Positions 9,354 through 17,909 of a DNA stretch of 64,000 bases are shown here, in pieces. The DNA is from an uncultured virus (IMG/VR IMGVR_UViG_3300046836_000576) (Duplodnaviria; Heunggongvirae; Uroviricota; Caudoviricetes), in IMG/VR virus record IMGVR_UViG_3300046836_000576. One strand, 5' to 3'. A program made the translations under genes and the position numbers. How positions within the stretch are numbered: position 1 is the first letter of the stretch; every line of letters begins with the position of its first letter. The notes beneath the pieces were generated by a model. The model made no database searches. It was not told the DNA's origin and worked only from the letters and a program-made list of their open reading frames with translations.

Positions 9354-9790
9354 GATGCGAATGTTCCATCAGGCCAGATGATAAACACTGGTTTCTTAGC
9401 AATTCGGGCCATCCGGATAGTCATCCAGGTACCGGAACGTTGTTCTTCTTTGAACATTTTGGGTGCTGCCACTAGTAAGTCTGTCTCGGACACTATCATC
9501 CGGTTTCGATCACGGTAATCCAGAGCTGGGAAGATTCGAATGGGACTATTTGGGGACTCTTTCCAGGCTCTCTTTTTGGGATCTTCCGGTGGATGAAGGA
9601 CTAGGGAAAGGCTAAGACTGAAGGCAATGTCGTGTGCTTGGGCATCAGCCCCGATGCAGTCACCGTGATGAAACTCCGCGTTGTCATAACCAAGGGTGGC
9701 ACCTAGCAGGAAGCCACGGAGGGCATCGTGCTGCGACAGCGACATGCCTAGTTGAGTGCCGGTAAATCCGATCTTTATCAAAGGGATCAT
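9350..9790 (-). CDS. SLOG/DprA-like Rossmann-fold protein
   Basis: IGFTGT, HHGDCIGAD, RNRMIV..TD.LVAAP, SGTW.TIR.A; start revised to MIPLI. Confidence 0.8.
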   Translation of the reverse strand: MIPLIKIGFTGTQLGMSLSQHDALRGFLLGATLGYDNAEFHHGDCIGADAQAHDIAFSLSLSLVLHPPEDPKKRAWKESPNSPIRIFPALDYRDRNRMIVSETDLLVAAPKMFKEEQRSGTWMTIRMARIAKKPVFIIWPDGTFAS

Positions 9791-9909
9791 GGGCCCACCA
9801 GATATCCGATTAGGGCGAGGAGGCCGAACACGATAAAGATGCGGCCCAGATTGCGCAGCACGGCCATGATAAAGAAGGCCAGTAGGATGCCTCCAGCGAT
9901 GACTAGCAT
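9787..9909 (-). CDS. Small membrane protein (40 aa, two hydrophobic segments)
   Basis: Read manually: MLVIAGGILLAFFIMAVLRNLGRIFIVFGLLALIGYLVGP; overlaps both neighbours. Confidence 0.65.
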   Translation of the reverse strand: MLVIAGGILLAFFIMAVLRNLGRIFIVFGLLALIGYLVGP

Positions 9910-10151
9910 GACGTCGCCTTCCGCAGTACATCAGCTACCTTTTTGATGTAGCCCGCCTTGGCGTAGTTGCTGCATTGGATATGCGTGGCGATTTCGGCCC
10001 GCAGTTCCTCAAGGACAGCTTGCCGCTGCCCCTGTTGCCACTGCGTGATCAACGCCATCCCCTCCTCCTCGGAATGGTAAGCCCAAGGCAACGTCTTCAT
10101 CCGTTCCAGGGCCTCGGCTTCGGTTTTCGGGTTCAGAATAAGTGTGGTCAT
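9903..10151 (-). CDS. Hypothetical early protein
   Basis: ATG at 10151 after promoter copy 7. Confidence 0.7.
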   Translation of the reverse strand: MTTLILNPKTEAEALERMKTLPWAYHSEEEGMALITQWQQGQRQAVLEELRAEIATHIQCSNYAKAGYIKKVADVLRKATSC

Positions 10152-10158
10152 TTTGGCT

Positions 10159-10207
10159 CTCCGTTCTGACATCCATACATATAAGCGCTTTTGCGGCGAT
10201 TTGCAAG
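10159..10207 (-). promoter_or_regulatory. Early promoter + leader, copy 7
   Basis: CTTGCAA...GCAAAAGCGCT-TATATG, then GTCAGAACGGAG. Confidence 0.85.
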
Positions 10208-10331
10208 CACAAAGTCAAAGGAAACGGCGACCCTATAAGCCGCCGTCTCCCCCGCACCTCCAAGAGGTTGCGGTTACCGGGTGGTCCCACCCTGCCCGGA
10301 GCAGGTCGTCAGAAGGAGATTTGGCTGGGAC

Positions 10332-10571
10332 CTAGCCAACTCTGTGTAACTCCGTGATAAACTTTACAAATCCTGTATAGTCCCCACGTTTCATCTGTTT
10401 AACCACTTCCATAGCTCGTTCCTTCGTGAGGAGTCGAGCTGCGGTCTCGGGCGATAGTTGCGCATCGTACCAGTATCGAGCATCGCCTTGATCTGCTTCG
10501 TGTGTACCTAGGAATTTGAGAGCCTTATTGAACTCCCGCCACCAGAGGTGGAATGTAGGTTCGGTCATCAT
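10332..10571 (-). CDS. Hypothetical protein
   Basis: 4-nt overlap with the upstream gene. Confidence 0.65.
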   Translation of the reverse strand: MMTEPTFHLWWREFNKALKFLGTHEADQGDARYWYDAQLSPETAARLLTKERAMEVVKQMKRGDYTGFVKFITELHRVG

Positions 10572-10897
10572 TTGATTCCCGTGATCAGATCAAAGATGGC
10601 ATCGAAATTCTTGTGGTACAACGCCTGCTCGACTGCATGGTGGGCAACCGAACGTGCTTCGGCGTTCCGCGCGCGCACCGCCGAGTTGTATTGGACCAGT
10701 GCACCCGGTGACGTAAAGCCCAGTGCCTTGCAGGCGACCATATCGAACGCCTCCTTGGCGGTGGCACCGATCTCGCAATGCTGCCCGATTCGGGCTACAA
10801 AGCCCTTGGGGCAGTTGTTCACGAAACCGACCTTTTTACGGCCCTCCGTGATGTTCCAGCAGGAGGCGCTAATTTGGGCGAGTCTGTACGTGGTCAT
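10568..10897 (-). CDS. Hypothetical early protein
   Basis: ATG after promoter copy 8 and GGAG RBS. Confidence 0.75.
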   Translation of the reverse strand: MTTYRLAQISASCWNITEGRKKVGFVNNCPKGFVARIGQHCEIGATAKEAFDMVACKALGFTSPGALVQYNSAVRARNAEARSVAHHAVEQALYHKNFDAIFDLITGIK

Positions 10898-10903
10898 TTT
10901 CGT

Positions 10904-10950
10904 CTCCGTTCTGACAGCTTATATATAAGCGCTTTGCGCTACAATGCAAG
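10904..10950 (-). promoter_or_regulatory. Early promoter + leader, copy 8
   Basis: CTTGCAT...GCAAAGCGCT-TATATA, then TGTCAGAACGGAG. Confidence 0.85.
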
Positions 10951-11151
10951 CTTTAATTTTGCCTCACCGGAAATTTCTAGCCATCCATTCTCATCAGAGA
11001 TGAGGATTGGAGTCCCATCAAACTTTAGGGAGCGGAAAATATTGGTGCCACATTCCGGGCAGTATGTCGGCAAACGTGGGTTGACCCAACAGAGTAGCTG
11101 GCCGCAGCACGGTGTCTGGATCAGCCTAAAGTGGATTCGTTCTCTGGTCAT
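10939..11151 (-). CDS. Zn-ribbon protein
   Basis: PCCG...YCPECG. Confidence 0.65.
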   Translation of the reverse strand: MTRERIHFRLIQTPCCGQLLCWVNPRLPTYCPECGTNIFRSLKFDGTPILISDENGWLEISGEAKLKLAL

Positions 11152-11423
11152 TGTGGATCACCAATACGACCACTAGGCTTACGTACGTTCTCATCGATCA
11201 GCCAGTCGTCTTCTTCCATCCAAGCCATGAGGTCAGCACATAGGCGGTTCCAGCCTCTCTCAACCTTCGGCGGGATGTTCAAGTCGGGAATGCTGATCTC
11301 GGCACCTAGCTGATTGGCGCATTCGGCCACCCTGCGCAAGCTTAGTCGTAGGGTGGCGAGTTGCTCTTCAGGTGTTTGCATTTGTTCCGTTCCCTGGTCA
11401 TTGTGGTCTTCGGGTACGTTCAT
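11148..11423 (-). CDS. Hypothetical protein
   Basis: 4-nt overlaps on both sides. Confidence 0.6.
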   Translation of the reverse strand: MNVPEDHNDQGTEQMQTPEEQLATLRLSLRRVAECANQLGAEISIPDLNIPPKVERGWNRLCADLMAWMEEDDWLIDENVRKPSGRIGDPQ

Positions 11424-12403
11424 TGTCTTACTTTGATGTGTCTGCTAATTGTTTCGCCTTGGCCCCGCATATACGGCTCGACAATCCAGTGCTTGTTTCC
11501 TCGTCTAGCCAAGTACCTGCTGACCATGTGGATTCGCGGTGACTTGCGGGTGAACCCTAATGGTGTACGGATTTGCTGCGCGCGCTCGGCAGCGTTAAGA
11601 TGAATGGTTACCCGGGTATGGTCTAGTCTGGGGACTTCATGCCGCTTGACGCGGGCTTTGTTCAGCTTGGATTGATCTACTGGTGTATAGTGAACGATGG
11701 GTCGACTGGCAGTTAGTAGCATCATGATCGCCCAGACCGTAATGTATTCACCATAAACATCGGCGTAGGCTGCTTCTCTTTGATGTGGATTTCTGTTGAG
11801 AAACATCTCACCCCATCTATTAGGTGAATGCTCCGCTGTTTCCCAAATCTGGAATAGAGCTTCCTTTTGGATTGGGTTGTCCGTCCATAGCCTGGCTAGG
11901 TTAGCTATTGACAATCCTAACGTGTTTTCGATCGGTTGTTTGATTCGTTGGTCTAGGTTAAAGTAAGCTGAAATTGGGGCAATGTTGGCCGGGTTTAGAT
12001 CCTTTGAGATTTGTAACCCGTCCATTATTGGGCTTTCCCATGCCCAGGTCACTTGTCCCTTTCGACCACCTTTTTCACATTCAAGGAAAAACCCAACACG
12101 TACTGGTATGGGTCTGCCGGGTTCGTTAATCACGGCATCTGGGAACCTACGACGTAGGTTCTCACGACCGCTTTCTTCCCATTCCACCCACATCTTTGTA
12201 TAAGGTATGTGACAATGAGCCATTGCCTCCAACAGGACTTTGGGGCGGCCAAAGGTTAGTTCGGTCGCGGTGTGAATGGCATTGGTATCAAGCAGAAATC
12301 TCGGTGCCCCCTTTAGTTTATCTTCCATAGCACCAAAGATGGCAATGATGGGATTGAATGGTCTTGTCTTGGCAAGACCAGCCATCTCCACTATGTTGTC
12401 CAT
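11420..12403 (-). CDS. Hypothetical phage protein
   Basis: C-terminal SPRIHMVSRY..R...W..PYMRG basic motif; TGATG coupling to the upstream gene. Confidence 0.75.
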   Translation of the reverse strand: MDNIVEMAGLAKTRPFNPIIAIFGAMEDKLKGAPRFLLDTNAIHTATELTFGRPKVLLEAMAHCHIPYTKMWVEWEESGRENLRRRFPDAVINEPGRPIPVRVGFFLECEKGGRKGQVTWAWESPIMDGLQISKDLNPANIAPISAYFNLDQRIKQPIENTLGLSIANLARLWTDNPIQKEALFQIWETAEHSPNRWGEMFLNRNPHQREAAYADVYGEYITVWAIMMLLTASRPIVHYTPVDQSKLNKARVKRHEVPRLDHTRVTIHLNAAERAQQIRTPLGFTRKSPRIHMVSRYLARRGNKHWIVEPYMRGQGETISRHIKVRQ

Positions 12404-13104
12404 CAGGTACATTTGATGATTTCCCACCCTTCGATTGTTGGGAGTAGTGGATCTTCCCAGCGAAGTTGCGGATTTTCCTGCATCAGTCGATTGATCTCTT
12501 CGACGGGTGTAAACTCACCATCAAACAGTTTGCGGGTCAAGATATGATATTGATGACCCATGACCATCTGGTTTATGATCACGATTGTGGGATCCCAGAC
12601 GTACATAAGTTTTATGTTTGGATGATGCGGCCACAACACCGCTCTAGTAATTGCGGATGGTGGGATTGTGCCCCTATGGGCGCAGGTACCTAGATGTTGT
12701 AGAGATGCCTCCCACCATGTGGTGTCTGTACCGTCCTTATTCTGGGTAGGCCAGTTGAAAGTGAATTGCTGCTTCCGGTAGTGTATAGTCCGTTCTTTCA
12801 TCGAGCCGGGTACCGGGTTATCGATCTTTCGGCTTCCCTGTTCTAGAAAGTCCTCATCGGGGTAGAGGTTAAGTGGGAATAGCTTGTCGGTGTCGATTTC
12901 AATAACGGCGCAGAGAGGCTCTTTGCCTTTGGAAGCGTTGAACGCGAAATATGGGGCGTAGCTGTTCGTCAGGTACACACACTTTGGGTTGCTGTTGACC
13001 GTATGCTTCCAGTTGTTGACTCCTTTCGCACCCCTTGGGTGTATTCCTATCTTTAGAATGTTGTTAAGCCAGGCACCGTTAGTGCCGTGATAGAGTTTTA
13101 CCAT
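12403..13104 (-). CDS. Putative ADP-ribosyltransferase-fold protein
   Basis: LYHGT...GIHPR, VYLT, YFA, VIEID, IPPSAI pattern of H-clade/Tpt1-like ARTs. Confidence 0.6.
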   Translation of the reverse strand: MVKLYHGTNGAWLNNILKIGIHPRGAKGVNNWKHTVNSNPKCVYLTNSYAPYFAFNASKGKEPLCAVIEIDTDKLFPLNLYPDEDFLEQGSRKIDNPVPGSMKERTIHYRKQQFTFNWPTQNKDGTDTTWWEASLQHLGTCAHRGTIPPSAITRAVLWPHHPNIKLMYVWDPTIVIINQMVMGHQYHILTRKLFDGEFTPVEEINRLMQENPQLRWEDPLLPTIEGWEIIKCT

Positions 13105-13107
13105 CTC

Positions 13108-13308
13108 TCAGTTTCCATATTGTTTGATGATTAGGTGAGCTGTCTCTATTAGCTCAGCTATAGGAACCTTTATGACAGACTGTGTCACTCCAGTCGCTTT
13201 GTCAAGCATAGTGACATAGACTGAAGTAACACCACGTTGGCCTACACCAACGTCAACAATCTCAATGATGTGACTTTCCCCCTTCATTCGGATGATTTGA
13301 TCAGCCAT
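13108..13308 (-). CDS. Hypothetical protein
   Basis: ORF in the string; start revised to MADQI. Confidence 0.6.
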   Translation of the reverse strand: MADQIIRMKGESHIIEIVDVGVGQRGVTSVYVTMLDKATGVTQSVIKVPIAELIETAHLIIKQYGN

Positions 13309-13495
13309 TATGCACCCCCGCACGAGCGACACGTTCGATCTGGTCGACTGTCAGCCCTGAGATTTCGGATAGGGCCTGCACTGCCCGTTCTATCTTTACG
13401 GCACCCCACATGTCCCTCGGTTTGGTGTCTCTCAACCAGACGAGGAAGGAGCAGAGGTCGGTAAGTGCTTTGATCTGATTTGATGTGATTTCCAT
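13301..13495 (-). CDS. Hypothetical protein
   Basis: First ORF after promoter copy 9; start revised to MEITS. Confidence 0.6.
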   Translation of the reverse strand: MEITSNQIKALTDLCSFLVWLRDTKPRDMWGAVKIERAVQALSEISGLTVDQIERVARAGVHNG

Positions 13496-13543
13496 TTCCC
13501 GATCCTGTGCTGCCGGATCACCCGGCGTCTGGTTACTATCATC

Positions 13544-13573
13544 ATATATAAGCGCTTTGCAACGAATTGCAAG
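13544..13573 (-). promoter_or_regulatory. Early promoter, copy 9 (no GTCAG leader)
   Basis: CTTGCAA...GCAAAGCGCT-TATATA; back-to-back with copy 10. Confidence 0.8.
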
Positions 13574-13605
13574 CACAAAATGATCTAAAAAATCCGACAC
13601 GGGGA

Positions 13606-13652
13606 CTTGCAATGTGCCGCAAAATGCTTATATGTATGGAGTCAGAATGGAG
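13606..13652 (+). promoter_or_regulatory. Early promoter + leader, copy 10
   Basis: CTTGCAA...GCAAAATGCT-TATATG, then GTCAGAATGGAG. Confidence 0.85.
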
Positions 13653-13658
13653 ACCGAT

Positions 13659-13916
13659 ATGACCAAGTTCGTGAGAGATCAATTTAGCTACTGGGGTGGG
13701 TATCTGACCTACGGGCCGGAACGCCTTTTTATCGCCCGCTTCAAGTACGCCTCGACCTCCAGCAAGCCCCGGTGGATCACGTTCATGTGCAAGAATTTCA
13801 CCGTGGAAGAGTGGCAGGCTGCGCGCGCTCAGGACAAGGCGCCGCTCGACATCATGCGCTCGAAGGGTTTCGAGCTCACTCATATCCTCAAGTGGCGTCG
13901 TGAGGGTGTGATCTAG
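13659..13916 (+). CDS. Hypothetical early protein
   Basis: ATG at 13659 after GGAG RBS. Confidence 0.75.
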   Translation: MTKFVRDQFSYWGGYLTYGPERLFIARFKYASTSSKPRWITFMCKNFTVEEWQAARAQDKAPLDIMRSKGFELTHILKWRREGVI

Positions 13917-13929
13917 AAAGGAGTGGAAA

Positions 13930-14268
13930 ATGCCGTATATCACAATCACCGTTAAACCGTACGATACCCTGGCCACCGCGGCCAGGGATTGCCACGGCAA
14001 GACGCCCAGCCTCAAAGTGCTGCAAAAGGCGGTTGGTGGGTACATCGAAACCGTGCCGCACCTGACCAGCATCGAGCTCGATGGCAAGCGGGTGCGCTGC
14101 ACCGCCTACGCCAACGAGGAGGGCCGATTGCACGATCTGCCCCGTAACCACCACATGAGTAACCTCTGGAAGCGGGAGTTGCTGCGCCAGTCACCGAACG
14201 CCGAATTCCGCTACGAACCCGAGCTTTACGGGCCAGTGGTCTTCGTTGTCAAGGCCTCGGTCAAGTAG
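13930..14268 (+). CDS. DUF3846-like protein
   Basis: LQKAVGGYIE.V, NEEG.L..LPRN, L.GPVV. Confidence 0.8.
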   Translation: MPYITITVKPYDTLATAARDCHGKTPSLKVLQKAVGGYIETVPHLTSIELDGKRVRCTAYANEEGRLHDLPRNHHMSNLWKRELLRQSPNAEFRYEPELYGPVVFVVKASVK

Positions 14269-14285
14269 GTTTTCGAGCGCTGGGA

Positions 14286-14311
14286 AAAGCGGGCTTTGCG
14301 CCCGCTTTTTC
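14286..14311. terminator. Bidirectional intrinsic terminator
   Basis: AAAAGCGGGC-TTTGC-GCCCGCTTTTT. Confidence 0.85.
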
Positions 14312-14353
14312 AGCTCGGGGGTATTGCAATCGGCATTAGCAGCGTAGCGCAAG

Positions 14354-14383
14354 AAAAGGCCCCGTTTAGGCGGGGCTTTTTTT
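14354..14383. terminator. Second bidirectional terminator
   Basis: AAAAG-GCCCCG-TTTAGG-CGGGGC-TTTTTTT. Confidence 0.85.
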
Positions 14384-14413
14384 GTAAAGTTTGTGTACTA
14401 CCAAATTTTTTGC

Positions 14414-14442
14414 TTGCAATCGTTAGCTTTGAATAGCATACT
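14414..14442 (+). promoter_or_regulatory. Putative promoter of the late region
   Basis: TTGCAA-N17-CATACT just downstream of the double terminator. Confidence 0.65.
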
Positions 14443-14503
14443 ACCAACGCTCATCCAAGAAACTAATAACATGTTTAACTACCAACGCTCTAATCATAGG
14501 GCT

Positions 14504-14511
14504 GCGGTAGC
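14504..14511 (+). promoter_or_regulatory. ops-like element
   Basis: GCGGTAGC equals positions 2-9 of E. coli ops (GGCGGTAGCGTG); lies in the leader of an RfaH-like gene. Confidence 0.55.
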
Positions 14512-14546
14512 TCTCTGTGCTTGCGGGAGTGGGGAATGGAGAGCAG

Positions 14547-15053
14547 ATGGCATGGGCTTGCTTTCAAACTTATGGTGCTCAGGAACGTAAAGCTGTCGAG
14601 AACCTGACTCGACAGGGTCTAGACGCGTTTTGCCCGTTCTACACCAAACCCGTACTTCCATCTATCCGAGCACGAGGTCCTAAGGACGCTCCGTTATTTC
14701 CCTGTTACGGTTTTGTCTATCTTGAAGATAAGACGCAGTGGGGAATCCCCGGAAATACATACGGGGTCATTCGGCTTTTAACAGGAAACAAGTTAGATCC
14801 AAGACCTTTATGGGTGGCTACCACCTATATCGAGACAATTTATGAGATTCAAGCAAAGTTTGGTGGGAATGTCTTACCGGTTGATACGATAGTCAGAGTA
14901 AAAACTAAAGATAGCCCGTTTTTTGATCAAATAGGTACTGTTATTTCAATGAATTCAAACGATAGAATCCGGTTATTGATGAGTTTGTTCAATCGAGACA
15001 TTATAGTAGAATTCGAAGCAGGTGCGGATTTAGAAATTGTGGAGCTTGAGTAG
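14547..15053 (+). CDS. NusG/RfaH-family transcription antiterminator
   Basis: NGN domain (W.C.QT...ERKA..NL.RQG..AFCP, PLFPCY.FV, TYGV..LL) plus KOW-like C-terminus; start revised to MAWAC. Confidence 0.88.
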   Translation: MAWACFQTYGAQERKAVENLTRQGLDAFCPFYTKPVLPSIRARGPKDAPLFPCYGFVYLEDKTQWGIPGNTYGVIRLLTGNKLDPRPLWVATTYIETIYEIQAKFGGNVLPVDTIVRVKTKDSPFFDQIGTVISMNSNDRIRLLMSLFNRDIIVEFEAGADLEIVELE

Positions 15054-16030
15054 TGACGAAAATCCCTCCCAACCAACCAAAGACAGATAGGAAGGTGAAA
15101 TACGGTAACAGTACTGCTTATTCTCGTATGCGTTTTGATGATTTACCGCCTTCCCCTCAGACGTTGTGGTTCTATGGTAGATTACCCGCACACCAGCGCA
15201 AGTTTGTTGATGAATTGATTGTCAGTCAGGATCCGCAGCAGGCTGCCACTCGGTCGGGATTCTTGAATTACGATAGTGCAATGAAAGAGATTAGTGTTCG
15301 TTGTGCTATCCGTGAACGACTTGAGACTATTACAGAGATGGCATCGGTTACTGCAGCTGATGTTCGTCGTGAATTAAAACATATTTACGAAGGCGATCCC
15401 ACCGAGATTACCGGTGTTTGGCGGGTGCCCTGCAGGCATTGTTGGGGTGAAGGCAATCGCTTTCAGTACACCGACCCTGAAATGTACTATGTTGAGCAGG
15501 CGCAGTCTTACGGTGAAAACAATTGGCCCTCTTCCTGTATTACTAACGAATTCGGGCCCTTGATCTTCAAACATGCTACCGCTGCATGGGTGGCTGGTAA
15601 GAATCATCACCAAGTCGATATCAAGGGTGGTAGTGGGTATAGTCGCAACCGTGAAATCAACTCGGATTGCCCACAATGCCATGGTATTGGCGAACCGATG
15701 ATGTATGTTTGTGATACAAGGTACCTTTCGGAATCAGCCAAAAAGATCTTTAAGGGTGTAAGGGTTGGTGATAACAAAATCGAAGTAATGACGATTGATA
15801 AGACTCACGCCCTAACATTATTGGCAAGAGATACTCAGGTTGGTATTGAGCGGCGGGAAATCACAATTAACCTCCCCCGCACAAAGGAAGAATTTGAAGA
15901 GACAGTCAGGAAAATGTCTGTTGATGAACTTGAAATGTTTATCGCTAATATGATCACGCTTGGGGAAGAAGAGTACGAAGTACAAGGTGCGGGGGCACAG
16001 CGTAGGTTAAAGTTTTCAAGAGGTAACTAA
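15053..16030 (+). CDS. terS: Terminase small subunit with Zn-binding insertion
   Basis: QRKFVDEL...PQQAA.RSG HTH-like start; CRHCWG and CPQCHG pair; upstream of terL. Confidence 0.8.
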   Translation: MTKIPPNQPKTDRKVKYGNSTAYSRMRFDDLPPSPQTLWFYGRLPAHQRKFVDELIVSQDPQQAATRSGFLNYDSAMKEISVRCAIRERLETITEMASVTAADVRRELKHIYEGDPTEITGVWRVPCRHCWGEGNRFQYTDPEMYYVEQAQSYGENNWPSSCITNEFGPLIFKHATAAWVAGKNHHQVDIKGGSGYSRNREINSDCPQCHGIGEPMMYVCDTRYLSESAKKIFKGVRVGDNKIEVMTIDKTHALTLLARDTQVGIERREITINLPRTKEEFEETVRKMSVDELEMFIANMITLGEEEYEVQGAGAQRRLKFSRGN

Positions 16031-16031
16031 C

Positions 16032-16187
16032 ATGAAGTTGATCATTCTCTCTCTAGTGGTTGGTATGGGCTTTGTCCTTGCCGGCTGCACTGGTTGTGGC
16101 GTAAATGGTCAACGCTGTGTGACCGGTTACACTTACACCCAGACACAACCCGGTGTCTGGGTAATTACAGTGCAGTACGGTAGCTGA
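16032..16187 (+). CDS. Small lipoprotein (51 aa)
   Basis: Read manually: MKLIILSLVVGMGFVLAG-C lipobox; TGATG coupling to terL. Confidence 0.7.
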   Translation: MKLIILSLVVGMGFVLAGCTGCGVNGQRCVTGYTYTQTQPGVWVITVQYGS

Positions 16188-17818
16188 TGCCTACCAAGAC
16201 TAGACATCAAACATTACCACATGAACGGCGCCGTCTGGAAGATTTGGCGCTGGATACCTATGTTAGTTTGAAAGACAGGGTAATTCCAAAGTTACAGTTG
16301 ATTAAGGAACCTGATGTAGACTTGAAATGGGCCTACTCCTATGCGGGTAGGCCACATGATTTCATTGCTGAAATCGTACCTGATTGGTATGGTAGTAATT
16401 GGACTTCCTGGCGTTCTTTTGTTGGTACTGTATTCGCCATTCCATTTGAAGAAAATGAAGAATACCAGATCTTTAGAGACTGCACTGATCTTGTTGATCA
16501 GCCTACGAAAAAGTCGTCACGGGTCTGGATGCCGGTCGGTCGTCGCGGCGGGAAGTCTCGTATACTTGCTGCTATTTCTGTGTATTTGGGTTGTTGTTAT
16601 GATTGGTCTCATTATCTGGACCCCGGGGAACTGGGTGTACTACTTGTATTGGCAGCAGACCGTCGACAAGCTCGAGTAATCATGGGTTATGTTAAAGCCT
16701 TTCTAGATCATCCGAAATTGAAGACCAGAGTCAAGACAGAGAACGCCGAATCTGTTCTATTTCATGGTAATATCTTAGTTGAAGTGGGTACAGCTAGTTA
16801 TAGAGCAGTCCGGTCAAGAACCATTATTGCGGCATTGTGTGATGAGATTGCTTTTTGGCATAGTGACGAATCTTCAGCAAATCCGGATACTGAAATTATT
16901 GCCGCTCTTGAGCCGGCAATGGCCACCATCCCAAATGCACTATTGTTGGGCGCTTCATCCCCATACGCTCGCCGTGGTGTATTGTGGAATAACTTTGAAA
17001 GGTACTTTGGTAAAGATGATGGGCCGCTAATTTGGCGCGCACCCACAAGGGTGATGAACCCTACGGTACCACAATCATTTATTGATGAAAAGTACGAAGA
17101 AGACCCCTATAGTGCGGCAGCTGAATATGGTGCCGAATTTAGATCTGATGTTGATGCGTTTATTACGAAAGAGGCAATTGATAGTGTAACAACTCGCGGA
17201 TTACATGAATTGCCTTATGAGATGGGGATGCGTTATTACGGATTTGTAGATCCTAGTGGTGGTTCCAGTGATAGTATGACCCTGGCAATTGGCCATATTG
17301 ATCCGCAGACCAAACGTGGTGTACTTGATGTATTGAGAGAGCGTAGACCACAATTCTCACCGGAAGCGGTGGTTGAAGAGTTTGTTTCAGTACTACATAC
17401 TTATCGGGTCTTTAGGGTAGTTGGTGACCACTATGCTGGTGAGTGGCCCAGGGAAAGATTTAGAATAAAGGGTGTTGAATATAATGTCTCTAAGGCAAGT
17501 AAATCCGACATTTACGTTGCATTTCTACCGATCGTCAACGCCGGACGGTGTGAGTTACTTGATAACAGTCGCCTATATAACCAGTTGCTCGGACTCGACC
17601 GGCGAATCTCACGTGGAGGTCATGAAACAATTGATCACTCTCCGGGGACACACGACGATCTCGCAAATGTGGTCGCAGGTGTGATGCACATTATGCTCAG
17701 CAAGCGTCAGACCTTGAATGTCGATCCCAAGGTACTGGCAATGTCTGAGACACTGGTTGCTCGTAGACCAGTAGATTTGGTTAATCTAACTTCCAATATG
17801 CACGGACCTCGGTGGTAA
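16187..17818 (+). CDS. terL: Terminase large subunit
   Basis: Walker A GRRGGKS, Walker B LCDE, ASSP, nuclease FVDPSGG..D and HDD. Confidence 0.93.
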   Translation: MPTKTRHQTLPHERRRLEDLALDTYVSLKDRVIPKLQLIKEPDVDLKWAYSYAGRPHDFIAEIVPDWYGSNWTSWRSFVGTVFAIPFEENEEYQIFRDCTDLVDQPTKKSSRVWMPVGRRGGKSRILAAISVYLGCCYDWSHYLDPGELGVLLVLAADRRQARVIMGYVKAFLDHPKLKTRVKTENAESVLFHGNILVEVGTASYRAVRSRTIIAALCDEIAFWHSDESSANPDTEIIAALEPAMATIPNALLLGASSPYARRGVLWNNFERYFGKDDGPLIWRAPTRVMNPTVPQSFIDEKYEEDPYSAAAEYGAEFRSDVDAFITKEAIDSVTTRGLHELPYEMGMRYYGFVDPSGGSSDSMTLAIGHIDPQTKRGVLDVLRERRPQFSPEAVVEEFVSVLHTYRVFRVVGDHYAGEWPRERFRIKGVEYNVSKASKSDIYVAFLPIVNAGRCELLDNSRLYNQLLGLDRRISRGGHETIDHSPGTHDDLANVVAGVMHIMLSKRQTLNVDPKVLAMSETLVARRPVDLVNLTSNMHGPRW

Positions 17819-17909
17819 TGGCAGAGTCAAGACAACAACCTCCGGAACCACGTCATCATGGCCGAATGACTCCTGATGAAATGGAAGCCGCAATTCGGGA
17901 ATTGTTAGA

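Noticed and set aside
2232..13652. Repeated ~45-bp units read as a CRISPR or attC-type array
   Set aside because: Spacing is irregular (hundreds to thousands of bp) and each unit has -35/-10/RBS geometry before a gene; no cas or integrase seen
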